DNA from: Leidyana gryllorum EB-2025a
Lineage: Eukaryota; Protista; Apicomplexa
DNA length: 64,000 nt
Assembly (NCBI GenBank): GCA_048772705.1
Contig: JBLWGC010000102.1
Location: forward strand, 1 to 64,000
Reading direction: 5' to 3'
Shown here: positions 45,875 through 59,300 of the stretch, piece by piece
Layout of the letters: each line of letters begins with the position of its first letter
How positions within the stretch are numbered: the stretch's first letter is position 1
Made by a program: the position numbers and the translations under genes
Notes under the pieces: generated by a model
What the model saw: the letters and a program-made list of their open reading frames with translations, nothing else
Told to the model about the DNA's origin: nothing
Databases searched by the model: none

Positions 45875-47889
45875 CTATTTCTCCGTCCTCACCGGCGACC
45901 GCCTGTCTGCTGAAGCGACTCCCCCGTGGCTGTGGCCGCCGCACATCGCTCGTTCCGGTTTCCGAGTCAACCCGTTTCCACTGAGAGCTCGCACTACTAC
46001 AGTGCGCTGCCCAGATGAGCTATGATGGGTGGGAGAGAACCCCTCGTCCGTGAACTTTAGTGGTGAAGATAACGTCATAGTGTCCCTGTATCCGCTCTGA
46101 ACCATCCTGGAGTGTCGGATACCATCACTCCAACCCCCACTGCTGCGACGCGCGCACCTTTTAGCCATCAGAAGTCTCTGTGCTTGTCCATTGTCGCCCT
46201 CCTCTGCCACTCGTCGTTCGTCCGGAGACATCGGCTATTCAACCCAAGATGTTACTGGAGAAGATTGACTCCCACTCACAGAATCGCAGCTGTACTGACG
46301 CGTGACGATGGCCGATTTGGCCAGTGACAGAACGGGGGGTCTGGGAATCATTGCCTGCATCTCGTTCTGGAAGGTCAGATGTGAATCGCACGACTTGCGG
46401 TAGCGGGCACTTGCCTGGATTTCATGCAGAAAGTGTTGTTGAGGGCCCAAGACGCTCCCAGGACGGCATATGCGATTCCATCCAATCCACGCCGCAGCCG
46501 AGAAGCTGTCAAGTATAAATTCAATGATGAGGAAGTCATCGATCCAATCCAGCCACAGCCTTCGTTGACACACAGGGGAGACACTCAACTCCTCGGGGCT
46601 GGCTCCCTTCCAAGCCACCCAAGGCGAGAAAAGGACACATACAGAAAGATGTTACATTACCCATAGTGTTTCATCGCGTAGCATCCTATCAAGGTGCCTG
46701 TGCGGCCGAGTCCTGCCTTGCAATGTACAGCGATCGCGCCTTGCTCGCCTTCACATAGCGTTATAAACTTGTTAACCAAGTCCCTGAATTAATCTTTAGA
46801 TGATGATTAGCGGCGTTGCAAGACGGTCCTACCTCGGAGGACACGACCCATCTAAAAAGTACAAGTCGTGGTGAGCTATGCCAGCCCGTAGGAATACTTT
46901 CCGGCAATATTGTTTCTTATTCAGGCGAATAACCATAGTTACTCCGAGGCGCTTGAAAATAGGTACGTAGTACTCAGGGGTGAGGGTGATCCCTCCCCCT
47001 TCATCGTAGACATTGTTCGCCGACGGCCCAGAGAAAGCGACAAACTTTCTCGGTACGATCCAATTAAGATCGCCGTGGCCGATTTTCTCGTAATATTCGT
47101 AGGAATGGATGTCGAAGGTCTCAAAGTTAAAGAAACCGACCTAAAGCAATGCAACAGTCAAACAGGGTACCCATATGGACTCAGATTTGTGAGAGAAACA
47201 GAGAGAAACAGAGAAAGAGAAAGTGCAGACAGCTTCATTGGCTATATATACATAGGTCGAGCACAGAAGCATTCTCCGTCTCCGTCGATCATCGCTTAGG
47301 AGAGGCGAGACTGACTCACTCGGATTGCGTGATGGAGGCCCCGCAGACAGTCCAGAATACGGAGGGCATAGGTGCATGGGCCGTATGTAGCATCCCGAAA
47401 GGGGGGGAATGACAAGTTAGCTTGGTCGAAAGGCCGCATCGCCTCGGACGGCGATCGATGGAGGCAGCAAACAGCATACGCAGCCATCAAGAACGCAGCA
47501 TTTGCTCGCTTATATTGATCTGTGCCACATCGATGGATTATAAAGTGGTTAGATAGTCGCGGGTCTTCGAGAAGGTCAGCCAGAAGTCTACAGAATCGCC
47601 AGGTCTGACCCAGATTCAGGGGGCCAAAGTCTGCACAAAACGGATCATAGACGAGCTCGTGGTCGATGCAGAACGTATGAGTGTCCTTCTGGTCAGTCAC
47701 CGCTCCAGCTGACCGGCTGACCCAGTACAAACGACGGGGTATGAAACAGACTGCGCCCGCAAGAGGGGAAGAGCCAACTTCAGGCGAAACCGTAGGGCGC
47801 ACTATAGATGAGGTAACCGTGTGCCCAGCCTCCACTTCTCGGCGGGAGGCCGATGGGGACCGCAAGGGAAGGTAGGGATGAAGCGGCAT
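45875..47889 (-). CDS. CDC14: Cdc14 dual-specificity phosphatase, multi-exon
   Basis: [41 protein letters not shown], catalytic [11 protein letters not shown] and [10 protein letters not shown]. Confidence 0.95.
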
Positions 47890-47920
47890 CCTCAGAAATA
47901 ACCGACAAATCCAAGCGTTT

Positions 47921-50563
47921 ATGGCAGCGGATGCTTACGAAAGCGACTCGAATGGTGAGGAGGAGTTGTTAAGCGTTATTTGACTACTCTGCCCTGTCAG
48001 CATCCAACGCTTCGGGTTGGTTGAGTGATGACGAGCCCCCACAGGACCGCGAGGGAGACTTGCTCCCACTCGCTGTTGACCGAAGAGGCCGGGTTTCTCT
48101 CATCAAAGAAATCAGACGAACCGGTACCTCCTTCACGCCGGCCACAGACGCTGATGAAGTGGAAAGTGAGGCAACTCTGGGCGGGCTGGCTCACTCACTT
48201 CTTTGCTACAGTCAAATTCGCACTGCCTCCCCCCTCGGTCACAGACTGGAATGCGGTAGAAGCAGTGGACAAATGTCCAGTCACTTGGCGTCGCTTGTCA
48301 AGCTACTCGCAAATGGAGTCTGCAGCAGCCCTAATCCCGATAGCGGTGCCTTTCATGGCCAAAGGGGAGAGTGCTGTACTTTGGATGGGGGATTCATGTG
48401 AGCGAGAGTCATTGTTCGTTGTCTCATCTCAAGAATTATGCAGTCGAATGGGTGGTGGACACTGATATGAAGTTGCGGGCTAAGCTGGGCCGCCAACGAC
48501 GACGCTATGCGCGAGCTAATGCTGAGGGTATAAGAGACGGCTTGTTGGACCAGTAAGCGGCAGTCGCTGTGTCAATATTTCTATTCGCTGCTGCAGGAGT
48601 CGATTTAGAGTAGCATTGGGTGTCCAAATCATATCTGTTATCCCTCGATCAATTATTGAGAAGGAAATTGCAAAGGTGGTCATAGTTAAAGCCACCTCCT
48701 ATCATATTCCGACGACGAATAGTGTATTTGATGGTGAGAGGATACACAACGTGACCAGTCATACCAAACACATCAGTGCAATGTGCGACCGTCCCTGACA
48801 CATGGCCTATTCACATAGTATCTCAAAACTGGAAAGAATTGCCACTCTTCAAGCGTACGCTGACCTTAGGTAAGATTGGTGCTGCTTTCTCCTCGCTACT
48901 TTTCTATTCTCTCAGACACTGTCGCATCTCCATACGATAGAGTGATCAGAGCATTGAGGGTGGGGGATGTAGCGGTCATTGAATGGCCCGCTGACTTGTA
49001 TCCGCCAACCAGTCTTTTTGGTGTTGCTGCATCGCGACGCACTTTGATCCACGTGAGCAAGATTGGCGATCCTAAGGTGTACATAGTAACAGGTAAGTGA
49101 CTTTGACCATTCGATCCTCCATGGATCGACCCGTCAGAGGGCCGAGACAAGGAATTAGGACTGATTCCGTACAGTCCAGCGTGCAACGGCAATCCGCAAT
49201 GCCTCCTCCGCTTAATGGGAATGCACGACGATCAGTACGACCAATATCTTCGCATATCGCAAAATAGAGGAACGCAGTGCCCCGAAAATGGTACATTAAT
49301 CACAGGTAATCAATCACCAGCAGCAACCCAATCATCACTCTTCCCAGTGAAACTGGAGATTGATGATCAAGAGAATCCTTCACTCCTGCTCTTCTTGTTG
49401 GGGCGTAGCCACTCAATCCCGCTATGGCTACATGAGCTCTGTCGAACTATGGCTCTGGGACAGAGTTATGAGGGGCAATTCACGGGTCAAACGCCTGGAT
49501 TGGTGGATAGAAGTGAAAACTCAAGGCATCCTGGTGTATTAGTAAACTGGAAACAGTTGGATGAATGTGCCGATCCTGTCTGCGAAGTGGCCTCAGAATT
49601 TGGATCTCTCGTTCTGAAACCACTCCCAAAAATGGACCACCAAATCATCGACGGTGGAAGTGACCTGAAAGCGGTGTTGGAGGAGTGGCCAAATGCCGCC
49701 ACTCATTCCAATTGGGCGACACTGGGTCTTAATCCTGACGCTAAGTGCCGTTTCACGATACTTGGTGCCCTGGGCAAGGTAAGTAAATAGCACACACACA
49801 GATACCGTCTTGTGCAGGAAGTGTCCCCATGGCATCGCGACCCGCGTGCTTGTCTGCGACACTTGATTTGCTTACTTGGCTGGGCACAACAATTGCTTGA
49901 CGTAAGTCCATAAGCGTCGGGACGCGCCTTGCGCACACGCATTAACTACGGCAGCAATCTTTATATGGAAGCGCCTTGCATTTGTTGAAGGACATCGTGG
50001 AATACGGCCGTCACTATCTTGGCCGTCCAATAGAGGACGGGGAAGACTACAGCATGATTACCGAACTGACAGGAGAATATAACCCGCCCAGTATAGCTGG
50101 CAAGGAAATACCATATGTGAGAGTGGTCTACCCCCAATTCGATGTCCAATTACGACTCGTTGCGGGATTTATGAGAGCACAAGCTGAATATGGGCTCCAT
50201 TTGTTCAATGAATGTCACACCACAATCACAGCAGTGAGTCAACTCCCTCACAGAATCGATTTGATGGATCATTCATTGCCTATCGCGTTGCAGCTTCCGG
50301 AATTTCCGTCGGCAGTACCTGCCCTGGGTGATCTGTGCGATGTAATGCGTGGTGATTGCGAATATGAGGTAAGTACGCGCCATTCTAGATCCATTAAGGC
50401 CTTGGCCACAAAACAGTTGGAACGTTTCCAAGAGTGTATCAATACGTATCTCAAAAGCCGAAAGCGTTCCGCTTTGCTGAGGGAGCGTGCTTTGAAAGCG
50501 CAAGAGAAAGTGAAGCTCGAGAAGGAGCGTAGTAGGTCTGTGTACCAAAAGATGTTCCAGTGA
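47921..50563 (+). CDS. degenerate multi-FKBP + TPR immunophilin (FKBP52/ROF1-like), multi-exon
   Basis: 'LIKEIRRTG...DEVE|VKF', 'AVPFMAKGESAVL', 'LCRTMALGQ' and the C-terminal 'ERSRSVYQKMFQ' (Y..MF end typical of large FKBPs). Exon 1 starts at ATG 47921. Confidence 0.6.
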
Positions 50564-53500
50564 AGTGCACCATGGGGTGGTTTAGTGCGCGGCTGGTGGC
50601 CCTCATGGTCCCTCTAGGTGTGGCTATTGGACAACGGCTCATGTTAGGTCTGACTGCTTCAGACGGCTCCACCCAATGTGCAGAGAGCATTTCCTTAGAC
50701 TTTGAGGAGGCGGCAACCCCCCCCCCAATCGCTGTCTTGCCGCACAACAGACAGATCGGAGTGGCGTGTGCAGCAGCCATGGCAGCGTTCTGCTCATTCG
50801 TTATTTGTTGGCAGCGTCTGAAACGCCGAGGAGGCGCTACATCGTTGCCAATAGGAGTTTCGTTATCGAGAGAACCAAACGGAAGCAACATATCAACAGC
50901 CCCTGCATTAGGTTTGTGGACCAAACCCTTGCACCACTGGCCGTCAAAATGAGGCGACCATCCGTCTTTTTACGCATGGTTAGGAAAAATGAACGGTCAA
51001 CAAAGACTGTGCGTCTTTGGTGAAACACATAAGTAACGCACACATATAAACTACTTCCTCATCGTATGACCTGTCCTCGTTGATAGCAGGAGTGTCCTCA
51101 CTCACAGGTACTGATCTCCATGCGAGAAGACAGACGGTAGCGTGAGTTAAATTCGAAGCACAATCTGCACAACTCGGCCCAGGAAACCATCTGCGATAGC
51201 GTATAGTCGAGTGAAAGTGTTGTGTGTTCGTCCGTCACGTAGAGGACAAAAAATGTCTTGAGGCACGAACCCCTTTGTTTTCCACGCGTCCTGCAAAGAC
51301 CGCTACGAGCGATCATTCGAATTCGCGGACGCATTGTGGGATTGTAGATGGAATTCAGCCATCTACGAGCTATATGCCCCCCGCCCAATAGGACCGAGAC
51401 CTGGGCATTATTCTTCATAACGGTGTAAAAGTGTTTCGCCGAACTGAACGGGGAGGTAAGGGGGTGGGACTTGTAAAAGATGCATCAGCTGCCAATCAGA
51501 GGAAGGGATTATCCCTCGGGTGCCGGCTGCCAGATGTATCCAAGATCGGGTCCCATTATCTCTGGCTCCCTGATCCACCTCTTTCGCTTCCCATCGAAGG
51601 AGCAGACCATTTGGGCTTCTTGCGAGGGAGATGCATGTCGAGATGTTTCGATCGAGAGTGGAGAGAGAGACTCAATAGAGATAGTAATCGCGATGAAATT
51701 GATAATGTCGAAGCTCGTGCACTGTGACGCCAATCGCTGTTCATACACGAAAAGACTTCGGCTTGAGTTCTTCTCGAAAGTGGTTATGACACTCGGGTAT
51801 GAAAGTGATTCGATAGATCGAGCCACCTTCCGGGCTGGAGTCACAATCTCTCGTACACTGAGATCGTCACTTAGATCACTGGGTATCGACACGGCTGTGG
51901 TAGGGCTCATTGTGCACAAAGTCGCAACAGTGGATCCTACACAACCGAACACCAATTGATCTGTGTCTTTCGTTGTGTACGAGATTGCGACCCGACTACG
52001 TGTGTTTATGTTGCCAGTATTATCATGTCCATTCGTCGTAAGATATATGATGCGCGAGGTAACAGCTTCGTATGTTTATCAATGGCTGAGAACAAAGTTG
52101 ATTCACGCCTCTCTTGAGCACCATTATGCTCGAAAATGATACCGACGACAATTTCAGGATCGGATATGCTGCACAGTTGTCTCTTCCAGGGTCACACATG
52201 GATAATCACAGGTGATAATAGAGCGGGCGCGCGCATATACACGCACACTCACACACGCACACACACAGGGCGACGGATGAGCAAGCAGCGTCCGGGGGAG
52301 TCAATAAGAACTCGTGAGTGTAGATTCTCTTCGCAACAGCCAAGAAAGTCAGTCCTTTGTGCGCGCAACGTAGGGTTTCCGTCAGCAGCATGTGGACTGT
52401 GAATCATAAGCGGCAGCAGCAGCAACCGCAATCACACCCAGTGTAGGTATACAATGCGTTAGAGAAAACGCAGCATTCTTAACCTTCTGTTCGTCGGTGG
52501 TATTGTGAAAATCAGTGTGGTGAGGGGATTTGTAGTAGTGGGATCTCAGCCAGGTGGGGTCGTGATAGATTTATGGTGATTATCGCGTCATCATGAGTGA
52601 TACTTTATGAGTGAGTGGGGGGTCTCCGATGTCCATCCAAGTAGCGAAAGTATAATCAAGCCAGTGCCTTTCAGCGGTTGGCGATGGCTGCGTCTTGCTA
52701 CGACAAATTAACTTTCGATTAAGAAAGATATTCGGGGTGGATAACGGGTTGGCCATTTGAGCAAGAGTAAGAGAAGTCCAATCTGATTGATACTTCCGAA
52801 TGGACAAATGTTCTTTCCTTCTTCAATCGATGATAACCGTATGTAATCTGACAAGTAAAGTGTGTGTCTGTCTTGTCGCTTGATTTCATTTTACTCCATT
52901 CAGTCGCTTGCCTTAGTCAGGTTCACAAAAGTGTCGAGGGAATGGAATAGAAGATTCTCTTCGCTTTTACCTTCTCCAAAGATTGAGAAGAAAGACTGTA
53001 GTTGTGTAGGAATGCAGTCCAGTGTAAAATGTGTGTGAGTGTGATTAATGAGAGATGAGATGAGAGGAGAGAGGGAGATTGAGACACAAGAGAGAGAGTG
53101 GGTTTGAGTGAGTGTACGAACGATTGAATGCGTGAGTGAGGGAGAGGAACAAATGATCGGCGTTAGTCTCCCATCACTTTGAGTATTAAGTGTAAGTTTG
53201 TCTCGCTCTCTCTTTCCCTCGCTCAATCTCTCGTCTCTCTCCAGTCTCAGTCATATTCTTGTCTTTATAGTCTTGTTTGAGATTATCCTTTTCGCGAGCT
53301 GATCATTTGATCTAATGTGAGTTGTCGGTCAGGACAAAAGTCGAGAACAGTGGGATGTCTTGGTCTTGATAGGGAGTGTCATTGATACTTTGTTGGATGT
53401 GGCAGTTTCGGATGTTGCAGTAGCAGCTTGGCGACTTGGGCTTGGCGTGGACGGAAAGTTCGAGGTGGCGAACGTTGGGCGAAAAGCAAAGACGGACAGC

Positions 53501-54128
53501 AGGGTAAAGGATATGGAAGGTCACCAATCGACTTGCGACTGAGCAATCCCATACCGGATTTAACGTGGAGGTGGTGTGGCAACCCTTTACATTTGGAAGC
53601 TGCCTGCACCCACACCGACAACGTAGAGTCCATTTCATATATGGATAGTAGCTTGAGTATACCGCTCGGAGAGTTTATCGCACATACACATAGATGTGAT
53701 ACGGGACGGACGGGCGTACTCTTCATCTTCACCTTCCTGTTTCTTGTTGTGTAGTGGTGTATGTATGTGATAATATACGTGGATTTGGAGTCGGCAAGCG
53801 CTGAAGCTATCCCAAACGGGCTCGATTGCGCTCGCTCGCTTGGAGTATCGGATCAGCAGATACCCAGAATATATAATATACGTACTTCTTCATCCTCGTG
53901 GAAGCAGCTGATTATGCGATCCTCCCCGCGCGGGAGGCTCCTTTCTCTTCTCTCACACAAAGACGCAACATCCAATATCTCTACAGAGAGAGAGACTGAC
54001 GGTTGACTCTTTGGAGACAGAGAGATGTAGTTAGTAATGAACGGTTTCTCTTGAGGTATCGAGGAGAAGCGCCAGTTACCAGAGATGCCTTCTAATCGAA
54101 CGACCAAATGGGTGGAATATTCATGTGT

Positions 54129-54169
54129 TAGTAGTAGTGATAATAATAGTAGTAGTAGTAGTAGTAGTA
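54129..54169. repeat. (TAG)n microsatellite
   Basis: Direct reading. Confidence 0.8.
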
Positions 54170-54762
54170 CTTGCGTGTGTGTCAAGTCAGCCAACCCGCT
54201 CGCTCACTCCCGCGACTGACTGTGGCTCGAGATCGCTCTGGTAGGGGGAGGTGCGGGTGACGACGTACTCATATCAGTCTTGTCCTCAGATTGTGTGCGA
54301 GGTTGGATCTATGGATTCTTCGAGTGTAAGTGTGTGTGTGAGAGTCTCTCCTTGTGGGCTCGCAATATAGTGGAGTACATCATGTATCCGCCGCCAGGTC
54401 CGGACGGAGGTCCGAGGAGGGGAGGCAACATATCGCGCGCACACTCACAGTGGGAGACTTTGTTTCTTCATCGGTAGTAATTGGGTATCTGGTTGATCTT
54501 CCTTGCAGTGGTAACATGTATTTTGATTGTTATAGGTGGGCTGTCGTCCTCGTCGTCCAAGTCGTAGTAGTTAGTATTAGGAGGGAAGCGAAGTGTCTCT
54601 CGTCGTATGTGTCTTATATATATAACTCCGAGGGGTACAAGCGATACACAAAGTGATGACGACATATAGGTCATCAATTGTGGAAGTAGATGACCCTGTA
54701 AAAAAGCGCCGTCGTTCGTTTGTTCGTTCCATCCATTCCAGCCAAGTCGCCTCACTGCTCGC

Positions 54763-55440
54763 TCAGTAGAGGGTAGAAGCATTGGCGGCGTCCCAAGGCT
54801 GGGCCGCAAGCTGTTGCTCTAGTTCCTGCAGCAACAAAGTATCAAGAGAGGGAGGTTGCGGAGGCGCTGCACTATTAACGAGGTACTCCTCTAGTGCGGC
54901 AATCAACAACGAGACTTGGACATCCTCGGAGTAGGCATCACTGTTTGTCGGTGAGGAGTCGGCATCCTCGGAACCTGCACCACCCAGACCGTAACTACTG
55001 CTGGTGTCGGTCTGATAATCTCGGGGTGTCTGGGGCTGCACAACCGGATTGACCTGAGGTCGAAGCTCAGCAAGACCGTGAGCGTGACGGCATGCCGCTC
55101 CAGCGTAACAATCTCCCCGAACCCAGTACCGGCAAATGGTGACCTTGTAAAAGTCCTCAGTCGAACGCAACTCGCGACGACCATGAGCCCACTTGCAGTG
55201 CTGGTCCGTGCACTTGCCCTTAATATAGTTCGTGCAGAGTTTCGTCTTCTTCAGGTCAGGCGGATCGCGCAGTTCCGCCTGACTATGAGCGTAATTGCAC
55301 ATATCCCCGCGGGGACAACGTCGGTGCGGACCGAAAAGAGACGGACACAACTTTGTCTTGAAGTGCTGACCGATTGTGGGTTGACGGGCCACTGGCACGC
55401 TGCCTCGCTGCGTGCGTAGGGCTTGCGGCAACACACTCAT
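54763..55440 (-). CDS. triple CCCH zinc-finger RNA-binding protein (TIS11-like)
   Basis: KTKLC...C...C...H twice and KVTIC...C...C...H once, each followed by ELR. Confidence 0.9.
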   Translation of the reverse strand: MSVLPQALRTQRGSVPVARQPTIGQHFKTKLCPSLFGPHRRCPRGDMCNYAHSQAELRDPPDLKKTKLCTNYIKGKCTDQHCKWAHGRRELRSTEDFYKVTICRYWVRGDCYAGAACRHAHGLAELRPQVNPVVQPQTPRDYQTDTSSSYGLGGAGSEDADSSPTNSDAYSEDVQVSLLIAALEEYLVNSAAPPQPPSLDTLLLQELEQQLAAQPWDAANASTLY

Positions 55441-55555
55441 CGTACAGATGGGCTCGCTTGCGATATTCCTTCACAAAAAAAATGATCGTTTATCAATAAA
55501 CCATAGCCCGCACCCGTGTTTGTGATCGCACCGGCCGGCCGGAAATCCCCCCCTA

Positions 55556-56102
55556 ATGACACAGCACGGGGTGGCCTCGGTCTCAACCATACCGACCTCT
55601 CCCTCATCTACCGTATCACCGCCTTTGTGCTCTTCTTGTGCCGCAAAAAAGCCTTATCATCACAAACTACTGCCCGACACCTCTTGTAGTAGCACCGAAC
55701 TAGGAGGCGCCAACGCTGAGGACTCCCAGTTCGTTCCGTCAGACGCCATTCTCATTAACACTGGTCGAGACGGCTCCGATGTGCAGAACGAAGAACTGCC
55801 ACCCTGGCTCGCTGGATTAGGTGAGATATGCACCCCAACGGGTTTTCCAACCTTTTTCAGAGCTGGGCCTCACCTTCGTCGTAGTGGTCAGCCTCTGGGG
55901 AACCATAGTAAGTTAATCGCACACGTGTGCTCGAGATTCCTGTCGCAAGGATGTTTGTGCCGAGCTACTCAGCTTTGACATATTGGCACTGGAGATCGCC
56001 GCGTACGGTGGCTTCGTTCTCCTGTCATTGATAGTGCTCTACGCGTGCAATCAGTGCTTGCGAACCAAAATGTCACTGAGTAATGCTCTGAGCAGAATCT
56101 GA
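55556..56102 (+). CDS. small membrane protein, 3 exons
   Basis: The spliced frame gives ...WLAGLELGLTFVVVVSLWGTIDVCAELL...AAYGGFVLLSLIVLY...RI*, with canonical introns. Confidence 0.55.
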
Positions 56103-56311
56103 AGGCTGGTGCCTTCGCTATCGCGAACGCGGTCTGACGTCGTCGCGAAGACCGATACATATTCTCAATGGAATGCTTATTCTTAATTGCTTGATTTGTT
56201 ACACCGCGGGCAAGGCTGCTGAAGACGCGAAGACGCACATTGTATAACTGAACCCGAAAATCGCCAATCGATGGAGACCGGGGTACTGCCAAGTTTCAGA
56301 TCTATGCTTGC

Positions 56312-59300
56312 CTAATCGTCCTTCCACACTATGGTGTTCCGATGGAGCCTTCGTGCCAGAGCAGCTGAGTCATGTACCAGGTGTATCGCAGCAGCATTAT
56401 GAGCCGCACTAAAGCGTAGCTGCTCCAGGTCAAGTCCCAGCATAAAGGAACCTGGAGGAAGATCGTCCAAATATTCTCCAATCATAGCAGCAGCCTCCTT
56501 TTCTGACTCTGCAGCCATATATGCCGCGCGAGATGTGGGTTTGAAGAGTCCTTCAGATGCAGCGGATGTTTGTGATACCGCGATCAAGGGATCAATGCCC
56601 CAAAGACCTTGGGTTGCACCCACTAACGGTCTGTCGTTAACCTTTTTGGACCAACGCACTCTAGCCTGAATCTGAGTATACATTCTGAAGCTTGTTTTGG
56701 CCATCAGCAACGCAAGGCCCAATCTTCCTTGAGGGACATCGTTGAGCTTTTTGTACCCCATGGGCAGCTGTAGGTGCGCTTCTATGCCCGCTGGAGGATA
56801 CTGAGACAGTGCCCACTTGAGCAAGATGGCTACAACCGAGGGTGTGCGGAATCTGCTGGTGAGTAAAAGGTCACATTGTGCCTCCATCATCGCCAGCAGG
56901 GTTTCGCTTTTCGCTTTGCCTTTGTCAATGAGGTCAAGCGCCTCTTGATATCCCGTTATCGCCAAATGCTGGAGCGCGAGTTGATGATATGCGCGGCTTT
57001 GGTTATACTTTCTCTCCGCTTCGAAATATCTCCGGATCATCTGAATATAGTCGCTGACAATGGCATTGAGACAGGAAGCCAGCGAGTCGGCTAGCCATTC
57101 CTTGGTGACCAGTCCGTCTTCGGGGGCTTGGAACCCTTCTTTTAGAAGGGCTGCTTGCACTTGATCGAGGAAAGATTTGCCGTGATCGAGTTGCCCGCTT
57201 CGTATGATACGCCGAGCCTTCTCAATACTCCACTGTTGCAGACGAGAGACCAGAAGTCGTCGATTCTCTTTTCTTAAGCGTTCGTGTCGTTTTAGGAGAG
57301 CGAAGCCCCGCAGTACAACTTGATGGCGATCTTGTACCCCTCGGGAGGTGCTGAACCCCAGTGAGCAAGTGGTCAAGCACAAGCTCGCGACACTATTGCT
57401 TGGCTTCATATGCACTGCTCGAATATACTCAGCCACTGCATACGGCCATCTCATACTGAGAAGGCAGTAATGTGCAGCCATCATTGTGAGGCCGAAGGAA
57501 TGAGGGAATTCCATTAGATGTCTGGTGCACCAAGCTCGGTTGAAGCTGATAATGTCACGCTCGGGGGACGCTGAGATACTTTTGACGGCGTGATGGGCGA
57601 AGGTCTCGGTGAAGAGGAGAGACGCATATATACTGAGGCATTCACCGAATAGTGATTCGTCGGCGGATGTCAATTGTTGCGATGCTGACCGTTTGAGTAG
57701 AATTCGAATGACAGGAAGAAGGAATTTGAGCCGAACTCGACTCAATGCTATTCTCATGAGCTCTCCGTCAAGGCTGAGTTTCAAACTCAAGCGACTCATC
57801 CGATTCTTGAAGGAAGCTCGCCCCTTAGCGTAGTCTCCACTGACTTGCGCCCGACTGAATCGCAGGGACATGAGACTGGACTCTATGAGCTCGACAGCAA
57901 GTCTGCCCATTTTCTCCTGTGCTAACATTCGAGCCCCGTGCTCCATAAGATATGTATAGTCTGACCAGCCAATCTCATCTTCGAGACTGGACAACTCGAG
58001 ATCTGATCGCAACTTGCTGTGGTAGGATACAGTGTGTGCGTAGCCCTTCTCGACTCGGATCCTCCTTCGTCGTATTTCAGTCTTCATATCTTTGGGTCGC
58101 AATTTCATGACAAACTTTTGCTCGACTTGGCGGTCGACTGCCTCGAGATCGTCGTCCTCGCCACCAAAATCAGTGTCTGATTTGGCTGCGGCCAAAGTCG
58201 CTTCGCGAACTTTCTTGGCATCATCGCTTAATATAGTGTCAAAATCCTTAAAGCTGTCTTCGACCAGTCCCTGCTCCTTGGCCAGGTGACGAGAAACCTG
58301 CTGAGCCCTCATTTTGCTCGAAGCTGACAATATGCGGCGCATGTCGAAGGTCGTATCGCGAACCAGAAGTACAAACTCGCTGATCCATGTGCAACGCCAG
58401 AGTCTATGGAAGTAGCGGAGAACTCTTCCGCACGCCTCGTCTCCACATCGTGAACAGATGTGGGTGCCTCCACCATCTCTGAAGGTGGGAGGCTGTTCTT
58501 TGAGCGCTCGAAGCATTGAGAGATAGTCCAACGGAGCCGTTGAGTCACACCCGGCGTAATAGAGAGCTCGAAGCATTGGAGGCAGCAGAGCCATCACTGT
58601 CTGTGCGTCCACAGTGGGTCGGGGTAAAGCATCTAATCCAGATTTACGGATCCAATCCTCGGCAATACTCAAACACTCCAACTCCTCCGCGGCACGCGCC
58701 AACAGTCGTAAGCTCACACTCAACCGCGTGATCAGAGTCCGTCGGACTTCTTGCGGTATAGCTGGAGGGATAGGGGCTAAGTTGCTGCCCACCTCGAGTT
58801 GATGGATTCGATGGTCGAGAGTGACAGCTGTTACACTGTCATTGAAGTCTGTCAATATGTCTCGTCGTCGTCCAGACAATGTGTTTGGCGCTGCGTTGCC
58901 CTCCGTCTGCTCTTCAAGATGAGCCAAAACCTCGAACAACAAAAGTCTCGCCTCGAGATCGCGGACACGTTCCTCGACATTGGGGGTGGTATGGCGTCCG
59001 CGAGGTATCACCGATTCCAGGAAGAGTGCTGCCTGTTCGAAATCCTTGAGCTGTATATGACACTTGGCCACGCGTAGCCAAAAGTCGCTATTTTGATGGG
59101 CGGACATCGACTTCTCAATTGTTTTGTAACACGTCAAAGCGCGTGCGGGGTCGCCAGCCTCCAGATATGCGTCGGCCAAGACCACAAAGAGTTTGTTAGA
59201 GGGGGGATTCTTGGGCGTAGACGAGGACGAGGGGTCCCCAGTTGTCAAGCGACCCCAAACACAGTCGATGAACTCGTCTCTGATGCCATCGAGTCCTTCG

